Shown in pieces: positions 39,173 through 51,745 of a stretch of 64,000 nucleotides of DNA; within the stretch, counting starts at the first letter, position 1, and each line of letters begins with the position of its first letter. This DNA comes from Leucoraja ocellata (taxonomy: Eukaryota), in assembly GCA_036785375.1 (NCBI GenBank), contig JAWMAR010000061.1:8680001-8744000 (forward strand), in the 5' to 3' direction. The translations under genes were made by a program, and so were the position numbers. The notes below the pieces were generated by a model. That model searched no databases and was not told the DNA's origin. It worked only from the letters and a program-made list of their open reading frames with translations.

Positions 39173-39289
39173 ATCACTGACCTGGACACTGATGACAACA
39201 AGAAAGATACATTTGTGGATGTAGTTTTCAAGAAATCTCTGAAGGAATTCCGTTTAAATATCTTTAACTCTTATTCGACAGCTTTAGCG
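39173..39289 (+). CDS. MYO9A: MYO9A exon (ITDLDTDD...VDVVFKKSLKEFR...TALA)
   Basis: ttgcag acceptor, gcg|gtgagt donor, 117 nt. Confidence 0.96.
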
Positions 39290-39616
39290 GTGAGTATAGG
39301 CTTTTGGCTTGTTCATTGGGTGAGATATGAAAGCAGGAAATAACTGAATGAGTAGTTTTTGTTGTGGCTCTTGAGTTTTCTGGAATGAACATTCCTTTAT
39401 TGGTTCAGTGGAACTGCCTGAAATCCTATCTCTGAATAGTTGTTTTGTGGGGGGAAAAAAAATCAAATGAGCTATTAGTGATTCATCAGTGTTCCAGGAT
39501 GGAGCAACTTGTTCTTCTGCTCTGTGCAGGAGTGATTTATAAAGTGTATGTTGTGAGTGATTTCATGCTTTGACATCCCATTCCTTTGTTTAGTTGTAAT
39601 GTTATTTCTGCTGCAG

Positions 39617-39805
39617 ATGGACGATGGGAAGAGTATCCGGTACAAGGATCTGTACGCACTGTTTGAGCAGATCCTAGAGAAGACAATGAGGCAGCAGCGA
39701 CGGGATTGGAATGAGTCACCTGTCAAAGTGTGGGTCAACACCTTTAAGGTGTTCCTGGATGAGTTCATGTTAGAACACAAAATTCTGGACAGTGGTACTG
39801 GGAAG
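39617..39805 (+). CDS. MYO9A: MYO9A exon (MDDGKSIRYKDLYALFEQILEK...GTGK)
   Basis: ctgcag acceptor, aag|gtgaga donor, 189 nt. Confidence 0.96.
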
Positions 39806-40205
39806 GTGAGATGCTTCAAACATTTTGTTTTTACTCTGAACGACATTTAGTTCAGTGGATATCATGGTGAATCAAAGGCCCACAATACAAAGCCCCAGAT
39901 CTTGAAATGAAAACACAAAGTAAGGAAAATGGAGAAGTAATGAGTTTAGATAACACTACGTTTGGTTTTCAAATTTCCTTTGAAAGGAAAGACGGTGGAA
40001 GGTAGGGAACTTAGCAGGTGAACATCTTGATGGTGAGTGTACGTAACATGTGGCATCAGTGGGGGATAGTAAGCATGGGACATACTTCATAAGAAGCTGA
40101 GACCAGAACAACTACTTTCCTAGTAAAGTAATGGATGGAGGACCATTGCATCCTCACGTTCATGCTAAATGAATGATACCAATTGGAGAAATATTAGAAT
40201 GCGTG

Positions 40206-40260
40206 TTGGTGTATTCTGCTGGAAATCCTGTAGAATTGGTGTATTCTGCTGGAAATCCTG
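40206..40260. repeat. Exact 25-bp direct repeat, period 30
   Basis: ttggtgtattctgctggaaatcctg at 40206-40230 and 40236-40260. Confidence 0.95.
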
Positions 40261-40680
40261 CCCCTGATTTCCCCAGTAATCTTCCCGGTGGATCTTGGTT
40301 GACTGCAGGTTTCAGTTTAGCTGACATTCTCCAATACTTGCAAGTTGGCAAACACTTGTTTCCTGAGCTGGCAGATGCCAGAGAAACTGGCTTGATCCTC
40401 AAGGCTCAAAATTCAGAAAGGAGAGCAAATTGTGTGTTTGAAATTGGTCTTGTGTTCATTCTAGTAGCACAGTATGTATACGTATCATTCATGTATGGTG
40501 GAGTCATACAGCATGAAAACTAACTTGGCCTAACTAGTCCATACCAACCAAGATGCACCATCTAAGCGAGTGCCTGTGGCCCATATCCGTAAACAGTAAC
40601 GGCAAGGGCTTTATATTTTTAATATTATTTTAGACAAATGTTGTTACACACTCAGTCCAAAATTCAAATTTGTTTTTCAG

Positions 40681-40728
40681 ATGCAAAAAACTGAAAGGAA
40701 AAAGAGACGGAAGAAAGAAACTGATATT
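40681..40728 (+). CDS. MYO9A: MYO9A small basic exon (MQKTERKKRRKKETDI)
   Basis: tttttcag acceptor, att|gtacgt donor, 48 nt. Confidence 0.93.
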
Positions 40729-41000
40729 GTACGTTGTCTGATTCTCCTGTCATGCATGTTCTGTGCTTGGTTCAGAGGACAACATCTTATGTCCTACAAC
40801 ATCTTTAAACTGCACCTAATTCCTGTAGTGACTTCATCCCACTTGCCCTCACCTCTAATTGTGAATCATGCTGACACCATTTCTATAAGTGTGTTGATCA
40901 AGGCATCTGTTGGTTGAGCTTTCTCTAAATTACTTCCTATCTCACAGTTTTCATTATTCCCAGGTCATGGTATCCCTAATTTTGGATAGAGTTCTATTTT

Positions 41001-41024
41001 CATCATCATCATCATCATCATCAT
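41001..41024. repeat. (CAT)8 microsatellite
   Basis: Read directly. Confidence 0.95.
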
Positions 41025-41524
41025 TGTTGAAAACATCAACAGGCACGGTGCCTTACAATGCAGCGTACAACAGTGATCGAAACTTCTACTGAAGTGTGTG
41101 GATTGGCTGTTGGCTCGCTGGGGCTCATCCGCCCTTTGACAGGTCTTGTTTTTGGGCCTGCTGGGGGTCCACAGCCTCCTCCTCACCTGGCAAACCAGGT
41201 GATGTGGACGGTTTAGTCGCCGACTATCCGACCATGGAGAGGGTAGCATGGGATTACATTACAACTCCCCACCCCCCCCAACCCGACCTGTTTTATTTTG
41301 GGGGTTATTTAATCCATATTCTGAAATTGAGCATTATTTTCTAACATAGCACTACATTGACCATTTGTATTAATATTCCTTCTCTCCACGAATGCAAGAG
41401 AAGCTGTTGTAGGAGAATGTAGAGGCTTACTCACACAACCTTTCAGGCCTCTCATCTCCTTCTCTCACTACCTTTTATGTTTTCATCGCTGAATTTTGTC
41501 AAAGCCTGTATCCACCTATAAAGG

Positions 41525-41765
41525 TCTGAAGAATGGTCTCGACTCAAAACGTCACCTATTTGTTTTCTCCAGAGCCTGACCTGCTGAGTTACTGCAGCTT
41601 TTTGTGTCTATCTTCAGCATCTGCAGTTCCTTACCACCTATCACTCGCCCAGATTTGTCCTGCCCCTCTTTCTTCCGGATTTTACCTCACTACTACAATC
41701 AGTCTGAAGAAGTGTCCTGACCAGAATTGTCATCTATCCATGTTCTCCTGAGATGCTGCCTGAGC
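41525..41765 (+). mobile_element. Two decayed tandem Penelope-like termini
   Basis: ctgaagaa... motifs at 41526 and 41704 with downstream terminal-repeat sequence. Confidence 0.7.
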
Positions 41766-42517
41766 AACTTATCTTTTAAGGAGGCATATGTTTTTTGACT
41801 GTTAATCAAAACACAAATAGCTTTGGTAATAGTTGTTTGTGCTCATAAGGCACTATTTCTGCACAAGAATGAGACAGAAAATACCAGTGGCTCAGTTGAA
41901 GGCCGAGTTGTTTTTCTTGCTTTAGAGACCAATTTTCGATCCATTTCTCCGTGTCCTGCGGCTTGCCACTGACATTTCATAATCTGTGAACCTCATTTTG
42001 CTGCTATCTCTGGAAATGTTGACTCATTCTGCGAGGTAGAAAGATCAGCTGATCATGATCCATCAGGAAAAGCTGAGCTCATTCTGCTTGTAAAACAATC
42101 ACTGATAGTTAGTGTGCACAGTCTATGGGCTTTATCGCTTGCAGCTGTTTAGTAGCCTTATCCTGAGCCGTACTTGAATGTAATGCACCATCCATATGTA
42201 AAGGCTTATCCCAAAATATTCCTCAACTCTATCTGACTTTATCTTTTCATCTGATGTGAATATGTTTAAATCCTTGCATTAACCAGGTTCTTTTAAAGAA
42301 CACTCTTATAGAATGTTGGGAATAAAAGGCCAACTCTTGTTGTATTTTACAAGATATTGCACATGATGTGAAGCTAATATTCCTTTTAACCTTTTGGAAG
42401 TCCATTTAATGTGTAACAATCTGCTTTCAAAATGGCAGCTTTGTAGGTTTGTTTGGATCTGTAGTGGCGACAGTGAAACAAGAATGATTTAACCAACCCA
42501 AGTTTGTCTATTTGCAG

Positions 42518-42629
42518 GTGGAGGAATACAATGGTCACATTTTCAAATCAACACAGTACAGTATTCCCACTTATTGCGAGTGCTGCTCCTCTCTCATCTG
42601 GATGATGGAGAGAGCCTGTGTGTGCAAAC
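42518..42629 (+). CDS. MYO9A: MYO9A C1 zinc finger, first exon (VEEYNGHIF...CECCSSLIW...CVCK)
   Basis: ttgcag acceptor, c|gtaagt donor, 112 nt. Confidence 0.96.
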
Positions 42630-43173
42630 GTAAGTTCCCAGCAATATTGCAGCAGGATTTAAGGAAGGGGGATGGCTTTGTCACAGCAAATGCATTGTTG
42701 TTTAATTGATTCCTGTTTTACCGGATCCCTTGAACTCTTCTTTGAAATCCATTTAACTATTCGCAATGTCCACTTCAGAGGCCGACTGCCCTTGCCTAGT
42801 AACATATTCCACAATCACATGGGAAAAAACGCTCCCGCTACTTTTTACCATCACATTGTAACTTTCTAATCTCCCAATTATATTCATATTGATGTTGGCT
42901 GGGGAAGAATGCAACATTTCATCATATCTTGACTTTTAGAATTGCTATTTAAATATTTGTCTGTCAAATGAGTATCAAGTTAACTTATTTGTATTTTTTT
43001 GCCTAACTACATTGTACTGGCACCTCTAAAAAGGTAATTATTCTGTTTTCCAGCACTTGATACATATGCTTATTAATTATGTGTACTGGGGCTTGTGTAC
43101 AGAACAAGCATGTATAAATCTCTCAGAGGTTCAAATGAATAAGTTATCCCACTTATGCTCTTTTGTTTTCCAG

Positions 43174-43235
43174 TGTGTCGGTATGCTTGCCATAGGAAGT
43201 GTTGTTTGAAAACAAACATCAAATGCTCTAAAAAG
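43174..43235 (+). CDS. MYO9A: MYO9A C1 zinc finger, second exon (LCRYACHRKCCLKTNIKCSKK)
   Basis: ttccag acceptor, aag|gtagga donor, 62 nt. Confidence 0.96.
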
Positions 43236-44323
43236 GTAGGAAGTCTTGCGTAGGCATAGTTTCAAAACCTTTTCATGGTATGCCGTCTGAATACAAGGTC
43301 TGCATTTTAAACCGTTATCATTGGTAGTCATAGAATCATAAAGTACAGAAACAGGTTCTTTAACCCACCGTATGCGTGCCAACTAACAAATATGTATACA
43401 TACTAATCACATCTACAGCACTTAATCTGTATTTGCAAGGACAGTTTAAATGCTCATGTAAATACTTTTCAAATGTTGTGAGAATTTCTGCGATCTCCAC
43501 CTTCTCGGGTGGTGATCCAGATTAGATCTTGACCTTGAGTTTGAGTGTTCTGCAGCTGAGCACGTGAGCATTTTAAAGATGTGCTTCTTGTTAGGTTAAT
43601 TGACGGCTGTGAGTTACCTGTAGTGTGGGTGAATAAGCAGGAAGATGATGGAGGATGAGGTCAGTTCCCATCACCCTCACTTTGACACTGACACCTAAGT
43701 TATGCTTGTTCAGGAAGTTGGAATGCAAGAGGTTTCTATTTGCTCTGAGCTCTTTTTCTCCACTAAATTACACAAATGCTGCAGAGAGATTTAAAATCGA
43801 TGACTGGATTATTTGTCCAAGGTCCGTTCATACAACTTCACCACTCCCAGCAATGTCAGCTGATGTGTGTTCTAATGTTTGCCCTGATATATTGGTTCTC
43901 TTTCCCTGCAGATATTGCTTGACTTTTTAAGTGCTTCCGACCATTTTCTATTTTTGTTTCCATTTTCTCCACTCTTGCCCACAATGACTGATTCTGGGAG
44001 ACTAAACTGTACATTGGTGCATTGTCCGTGTTGTTGTTCTTTAGATGGTGAGCATTGGCAGTCGTTCATGTTTGACCCAATGTAAACACACCCATATACA
44101 TTGGCAGAGGAGGAAATACATATTCCCAAGGTTCATTATTTCCCCCCATCTATGTTGTTGAGGCTAGTTATAATTCTACAAACTGCGGATAAAGGTTTGG
44201 TCTTCCCTTTATTAACTGCTTGCTTCGCACTGGACAGCACGTATTAGGTTCATTGGAGGTACAGTATTTGAACATCTCATTTGGTTGCCACATGGCCTGA
44301 TTGTTGCCTTTCCTTCTACACAG

Positions 44324-44516
44324 TATGAACCTGAGCTATCGTCTCGGCAGTTTGGAGTGGAAGTCTCGCGTCTAACCAGCGACGAGAGGACAGTACCACT
44401 TGTGGTGGAGAAGCTGATCAATTACATTGAAATGCATGGCCTATATACAGAGGGAATTTATAGGAAGTCAGGATCAACTAACAAAATCAAGGAGTTGAAA
44501 CAAGGCCTGGATACAG
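44324..44516 (+). CDS. MYO9A: MYO9A RhoGAP exon with arginine finger (FGVE...EGIYRKSG)
   Basis: acacag acceptor, g|gtaagg donor, 193 nt; catalytic Arg codon agg at 44462-44464 intact. Confidence 0.97.
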
Positions 44517-44564
44517 GTAAGGCCCATTAAGGAGTCATGGACTCCTGCAGATCAATAGGAGGGA

Positions 44565-44980
44565 ATCAAGTCAAGAGAGTTTATTGACGTGTGTCCCAGA
44601 TAGGACAATGAAATTCTTGCTTGCTGCAGCACAACAGAATATTGTAGGCATAAATACAGAACAGATCAGTGTGTCTATATAGCATAAACCACACATATAC
44701 ACATAAATAAACAGATAAAGTGCAATAGGCTGTTACAGTTTGGAGTCTGTTTGGTGGCAAGTTTAATAGCCTGATGGCTGTGGGGAAAAAGCTGTTCCTG
44801 AACCTGGATGTACCAGAATTCAGGCTTCTGTACCTTCTACCTGATGGTAGCGGAGAGATGAGTGCGTGGCCAGGATGGTGTGGGTCCTTGATGATGATGG
44901 CAGCCTTTTTAAGGCAGCAACTGCGATAAATCCCTTCGATGGTGGGGAGGTCAGAGTCGATGATGGACTGGGCAGTGGTC
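44565..44980 (-). mobile_element. Rex/Babar-type LINE 3' fragment
   Basis: IKDPHHPGHALISPLPSGRRYRS...RFRNSFFPTAIRLLN on minus strand; tail aataaactctcttgacttga. Confidence 0.85.
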
Positions 44981-45288
44981 AATAAGTATCCGTGAATTTA
45001 AAAGTGTAAAAAGAAAGGCAAAGAAAATGTCTCTCTGAGGATAATAATACATCATAATAATGGCAGGGAACATTTTAGTACATCATTGCCCCTGGATCAG
45101 AGCTAGAGAAATGTTTAACTCCACTTTGGAAGCACCTTCACCTTGTGGACTGCAGGTTATGGAAGAGAGCTCAGAATGACACTGAGCCTTACAAGGGCCA
45201 TCCGTAGAGTTCAATTCTCCATTCATAGAGTGTTGAGAGGAAATGCATGATAACTGATTCTGGGACTGATGGGGATTTCTTCCTGCAG

Positions 45289-45417
45289 ATATCAACAGCA
45301 TGAATTTGGATGAGTACAACATCCATGTTATTGCCAGTGTTTTCAAACAATGGCTGCGAGATCTCCCTAATCCTCTGATGATATTTGAATTCTATAATGA
45401 TGTTCTACGTGCAATGG
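45289..45417 (+). CDS. MYO9A: MYO9A RhoGAP exon (NIHVIASVFKQWLRDLPNPLM)
   Basis: ctgcag acceptor, g|gtaagt donor, 129 nt. Confidence 0.97.
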
Positions 45418-46163
45418 GTAAGTGCAAGTTTTAATCCCAGTTCTCCTTTGGATCCAATCATTTTGACAAAATACGAAATAAGAATGACATTAAAAAGTTG
45501 TGGTAATACTGTACTGTGCGGATCAATTCCCTGAATAGTAAAATATATTTATTTGTGGCTCAATTAGTTGTGCTTTGTTAAAATCAAATGTTCTGGGGTG
45601 AAGCCAACTTCTAAAGATTTGAAGTCTAATGTCTTGCTGAAGAGGTGATGAATCATTGGATACAATTTCTGTTGCCCCACATTCCTTTGGATAAATAAAG
45701 CTTCTGTACCATCCGCACATGAGTATCAGAAGAGTATTCAAAGTGAGTGATAGAGGGGCAACTCTTACTCATCGCAGATTCCAAAAATGCCGTCTCCTCT
45801 CTTCTCACCTGCACAAGTTTTTTATTGGGAAATAAAGTTAATGGTATGGAAAATAAACGTGTGATCATTTCTCCTTTCGTAAACACGATGTGGCATTTGT
45901 GCTGCTGCATTTAATTATCTAATTCACACCGCTGCAGAAATGGTACCCGAAACGTCACCCATTCTTTCTCTCTAGAGATGCTGCCTGACCCGCTGAGTTA
46001 CTCCAGCATTTTGTACCTAGAGGTTTGCTCTGTTTGGTGAAACATATTGTAATATGTTAACGGAATTGATCACAACTACAGTTATCCAGTCATGTTGTGG
46101 CTTGCCTACGTGTGGTTAAAATATGGTTTTTGCAGAGATGAAGGTTGTCTTCATTGTTCGCAG

Positions 46164-46269
46164 GTCTACAGGACCGGAAGGAAATGATTCAAGGTGTATA
46201 TTCTATAATTGATCAGTTGTCACGGACTCACGTCAACACACTAGAACGACTCATCTTTCATCTTGTAAG
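46164..46269 (+). CDS. MYO9A: MYO9A RhoGAP exon (GLQDRKE...TLERLIFHLVR)
   Basis: tcgcag acceptor, ag|gtaaat donor, 106 nt. Confidence 0.96.
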
Positions 46270-47858
46270 GTAAATATTCAACTGAGATGCTTCAGGATTT
46301 TGACATTGTAATTCCACATTAAAGGATTATATCAAGTAGATCATTTTTTGAAAGTTGAGGGGTGCGGGGAACTGGCACGGAAGAGGGGGCGAGGCCAGGT
46401 GCATGAACTGGCAAGTGATAGTGGATTCAGGTGAGGGGGGGTGATTGGCAGGTCAATCACCCCACCTCTCACGTCATCTCGTGTACCGCCCCTATCCCTC
46501 ACCTCTCTTCACCAGCTACTTTCCCCCTACATCTGAAGTTTCAAGAAGGATTCTGACCCAATAGATCATCTGTCTGCTTCCTTCAGTGAATGTCATTCGG
46601 CCTGTTGATTTTCTCCAGCGCTCTGTTTTTTTGCTCAAGATTCCATAATCTGCAGTTTCTTGTGTCTCCCTATTACCCACGTTAGGGTAATTGCTCTATA
46701 GTTCACCTGACCTCCTCTTTACAGCATTAATCTGCAGGAACTATTCCATTATACATGGAATTCTGGAAAATTAATATCAACCTCTATTAATATTCTGGCA
46801 GGCACGTTATGAGCTTCTGGGGATTTATTTACTACTTTCCATTAATCATACCTGTGCTATTTCTTTCTCATAGTAGTTTCATTACAGATTCATATTAAGA
46901 TTTGGATTAGTTTATTGTCATATCCACCCAGGTACAAAGACGTTCTTTAATCACATGAAGCTCTTGGGTTAAAGAGTAATGATAAATACAAATGCAAAAT
47001 AACAAAGATGCATGGATAGCGCGGCTACAAGTAGTGCAAAATAACACAATTTCTAATTCACATTTTATCTTTACGTTCTAATCTTTGCGTCATGATCTTA
47101 AACTCAGAATTCTTCAGTCTGAATGTTTGCCCAGCTTCCGTTATTGCTGGAAGTGAGAGGTGCTCTAGAAGTGACATACAAACGCAGTTGACATCAGGAG
47201 ACAACGTCCACGCATAGTAATCTAGATCCTTATCAGCAACTCTCTTCATTGTGAGCAGGGAGTTATGTTACTGCACTAGAGAGTAACAATCCCAGTACTT
47301 TGTATATTGGCGGTGAGCACAGAAAGTTACATCAATTGCTGAAATATTTTTAATGCAAAAATGCTTTTAATAACTTGGTCAGATGATATTCATCTCTGAG
47401 GCAATACCATGGGGTTATGGCTCATACTAAATATATGCTTTTCAGAAGAACTTCCTTTGGTTTATCTTTTTTGCAGCTTATTCAGACCACGTTGATGTGT
47501 GAGGTCCCATCAGACTGCTGTTGATTGCATGAAAGCGTTTTTTTGAAAGTGTAATGGCTCAGATGTTATTTATAGACCTGATCACCGCTCCCTCCCCACC
47601 CCCAGCGCCATGTGTTCTGCTGTCTAGCTCCAATCCGGCAATCGCAGGGTGTTGTGGGATTCTGCAATATATTGGGCACAGGTGCTGATGATGAAATACC
47701 TTCTGTTTCCATTCACAATTATCAAATGGAAGACAGAAATTTTCCCCAGACGTTTATTCAAGTGGATCTGTAGCAAACCTTTTCTGATCATACTCAGAGG
47801 AATGAACGATTGTCATCATTGTTTCACCATTCTTCTCCTGTTTTGTGCTGCTTTCTAG

Positions 47859-47990
47859 AATTGCCCTGCAAGAAGACACCAACCGGATGTCCTCAAATGC
47901 GTTGGCCATTGTCTTTGCTCCGTGTATTCTTCGATGTCCAGATACCACAGACCCATTGCAAAGTGTTCAAGATATTTCCAAAACAACAGC
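47859..47990 (+). CDS. MYO9A: MYO9A RhoGAP exon ([18 protein letters not shown])
   Basis: ttctag acceptor, gc|gtaagg donor, 132 nt. Confidence 0.97.
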
Positions 47991-48509
47991 GTAAGGATGC
48001 TTCCATTTCTTAAAATAAATCTTGGAATAAAAGAGTAATAATGATGCAGCAATCATTCCATGGAAATAAGCTAGTGATAGGAACAACTTTGTTTTAAATT
48101 TGTGATAATAACTGGTTAGATCACAGGAAATGTCCTTTATATTAATAGATCCTTTAATCCCTCCCTTGATTCCCCAGCATTTTGGGGAAGTTACCTATGT
48201 CATCCTCTGAATCTAGAACCAAAATATTTGTTTAATTGCTGTGCCATTTCTTTATTCTCAATTAAGCTACTCCTCGTTCTGACTGCATGGGACCTCCTTT
48301 TGTCTTCACTCTTTTGTCTTCACTGGTCATCTTCTTTGAACATATTTGTAGGTTTCACATTCTGTGTTCGTTCTCTGCAAGTTTACTCATACTTTGTTCT
48401 TGCTTCCTAAATCAAACTCATTGCTGAATTCAAAGTGAATTAACAACATTTAATTCACAAACATTTGCAGTAGTGAAAGGCTGAAAGACTGAAGAAACAT
48501 CTTTGAGAA

Positions 48510-48810
48510 GGGGCACAACTAGTAGAGCTGATGCCTCACAGCACCAGAGAACTGGGTTCAATCCTGACCTCGGGTGCTGACTGTTTGAAGTTTGCATGTT
48601 CTTCCGGTAACCGCGTGGGTTTTCTCCAGGTTCTCCAGATTCCTCCCACATCCCAAAGGCGTGTAGGTTTGTCGGTTAATGTGTAAATTTCCCCTTGTTT
48701 GTAGGGTGTCAATAAGCAAGTGTGATAACATAGAACTAGAGTGTATTGGTGATCATGTTGGTGTGCACTCAGTGAGCCGATGAGCCTGTTTCCAAGTATA
48801 ACTAAACTAA
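48510..48810 (+). mobile_element. Diverged V-SINE (HE1-like)
   Basis: Head, V-domain and tail recognisable. Confidence 0.75.
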
Positions 48811-49115
48811 GTAATTTGAAGATAAATCAGGAAGAGCAGGACATTTGAATGCAAAAGATGAGTTGTGGACTTCTGCTGGGGGCTTGGGTATAGAGGTTAG
48901 GTGAATAACACAGACTGCTTTCTTAGATTAGTTCAATGCATTTCCGGGCAAGAGAGTGGGTTGGGAGAGTGTTGAAAACAAGAATAGATGTTAATCGGTG
49001 TAACTGGGATGGAATTGATGGTATTTTCCAGTTTCTGAATGTTTCATTGTTCCCTGATGAGATATGTGTTTAAAAAAAACAGAATGCTGTAGTAACATGC
49101 TGACCTTTCCTGCAG

Positions 49116-49239
49116 GTGTGTGGAACTGATAATTGTGGAGCAAATGAACAAGTACCGAGCTCGCCTGAAGGACATCAGCAGCCTGGAGTTTGCAGAGAAC
49201 AAAGCCAAGAATAGATTGTCGCTCATCCGATGCTCTATA
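49116..49239 (+). CDS. MYO9A: MYO9A exon, end of RhoGAP (CVELIIVEQM...LSLIRCSI)
   Basis: ctgcag acceptor, ata|gtaaga donor, 124 nt, phase 2-0. Confidence 0.96.
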
Positions 49240-50149
49240 GTAAGATGTCTTCATTTAAATTTTATACAGATCTATATTACTGCAATATTGTTTCTTGTTC
49301 CTGTTGCACTAAATAGAAACTTTTATCCTTTAAAAGAAACATAACAAAAATGTGCAGATTAAGAATCCCAGTACTTTTCGAACAATTTGTACATTCACCA
49401 CCTTGTCTGTTACATTGATTCATCATTTGTTGTCATTTTGTCTTTCTGAATACCAAGTCACTGTTGCAGTCCACCATGGTGTCGATTCCACATGCCTGTA
49501 TGTGGCCACTGTTCTATGAGGTTGTTAAAATAGGTGCAGGAGTAGGCCATTCGGCCCTTCGAGCCAGCACCGCCATTCAATATGATCATGGGTGATCATC
49601 CACAATCAGTACCCTGTTCCGTGCTGTTTAGTTGCTCAAATCAATTGGTGGCTAGGTTTAAGGTCAACTTTAATTGACCAATTGAGTGACCTCCCGGTTT
49701 AGTTTCATGCAGTCTCCAAATGGTTTTATATGAGTTTTTCATTGCGTGTTTGGGGAAGAGTACTGTAGGTGGAGACCAAGTACTGCCCTGTATTTCTGAA
49801 GTAAATGTAGATTATTTCCTTGGCTGCACTTGTAGCTGTTTCTTCATAGTATGACTATAATCCTAGCCTATGATCTAGGGTGACATCTCAAATTAATTTT
49901 TGTTGCAGAATGTATCATATCACCTTGGGGTAAACTCATTCCACTTTTGTTTGACATCATTTGGAACATTAATTCAGCGTGGAATGCATTGTTTTCAGAG
50001 TGTTTGGGGTATTTCTTGAACCAACTGTACAATGACAGAAATGACAGGTCGGGTCTGTGTTAACCCAAGCAGTCTCTTTGTTTCCAACTTCTGTAAAACT
50101 TCTGTAAAAATGAAAAGCTGATTGGGAGCTGAGGATTCCATATTGAGTG

Positions 50150-50447
50150 TTTCAGTTTTGTGTGGATACAATGTGGAAACAGGCTCTTCGGTCCACCTAT
50201 AGTCCAATTACGATCACCCGTATACTAGTTCTATCCTACACACTAGGAACAATTTACAGAAGCCAATTAACCCACCACCCTGCATGTCCTTGGAATGGGA
50301 GGAAACTGGAGCAGTCGGAGAAAACCTATGAGGTCACAGATAGCACATACAAACTCCGTACAGACAACACCCATAGTCAGGATCAAACCCAAGCCTTTGT
50401 TGTTGTAAGGCAACAACTCTGCTGCTGTGCCACTGCGCCATCCCTTT
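50150..50447 (-). mobile_element. Diverged V-SINE (HE1-like)
   Basis: Reverse complement of the same family. Confidence 0.75.
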
Positions 50448-51691
50448 AGGTGGTGTCAAGGTAAGCGTTTGATCACTTGTGTGTGAGGCTAGACTAAGTA
50501 TACGTTATAAAGGTTATGTAGGTGTGGCATCACATTCACAAATGCTGCAAGCATAATTCCACGTTTATATCCTCATTTTTTATCTGACATCATTTCTTTA
50601 TTTAAATATACCAGTTCATCTGGCTTGAAGATTGCAAAGCAAGGCTCATCTGCCCACGTGGGCAACAAAGCCCAGATATTTAATCCCTGACTAGTTCTGT
50701 ACTATGTAATATCCGGTGTCTTGTTGTTTTGAATCATGCTATCCATGTGTCTGGTTGATGGCAAATCTTTTTCTGACAAATCTCTTTAAATCTTGTCAAA
50801 TCTCCCATGATATCACAATCCTGTTGTGTGTGTGTGTGTGTGTCTCTGTCATAATCATTTCCAATGTAGGTTGCACTTAATCTTGGGAAAGCTGATTATT
50901 TGTAAAATATTACCACGACTGGCAATTCTTCCATAAAGAAAGTCAAATAAGTTTTAAGTTTAATAATAGACTTTAAATTCCCAGCATGTGTAGGAAAGAA
51001 CTGCAGATGCTGGATTAAATCAAAGGTAGACTGGTTTAAATTCCCAGCAGTTTAATGTGTAAAAGGTTGTGACGAACAGTCCCTGGTCTGTGTGTGTGTG
51101 AGTTGATCTCAGGTGTAATGGAAATTGGGAAGCTCCAAATACTTCACAATTTCTAGGTAATGCATATTTCAAATCAGTGTTGCTGCCCAGTGACTGATAT
51201 TGATCAATGTATACGTGAACATAGATGAAGTCAGAGTTAAGAGAGTCAACTGATAGCTGTAAACTGTCCCAATACATGGATATTGACCATTTGGTTGAGG
51301 TAATAAGTGCTTAGAGTTTCAATCCAGTTAGTGTTGACTTCATAATGAGGAAGAGAAAAATAAGTGGAGATGGGAAAGGATGAAAAAGGGAAAGTTATGT
51401 GGAATTTACAGAATAGCAACATATTTTAATTTTAAATGCAAGCAGAAAATGCTGGAAGCACTCAGCATGTGAGGCAGCGTGAACGGAACTGGCATGCCAC
51501 GTGGAAGACATTTATCAAAACTGGAAGAGTGTTTCAAGTTGCAGGGAGAGTGACGAGAGGAGAGACAGAGGCAATATATTGTTATTTACTGACCCACACA
51601 AAAAACACTCATTTTCCTTTAATCTGTATGTTTCTGTTGATTGCAACCAAACTAACCTGATCCTCTACTTTTCATGTTCTTTCCACTATAG

Positions 51692-51745
51692 AAACCAGTA
51701 ATAATAGCGGTTAGATTCATGAGCATGAATCGCAGTTCAATTCCG
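51692..51745 (+). CDS. MYO9A: Candidate MYO9A 54-nt cassette exon (KPVIIAVRFMSMNRSSIP)
   Basis: ctaac branch-point-like motif, polypyrimidine tract, tatag acceptor, ccg|gtaggt donor, phase 0-0, no stop; resembles a recalled KPVLIAVRFMS... insert of vertebrate MYO9A isoforms. Confidence 0.8.
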
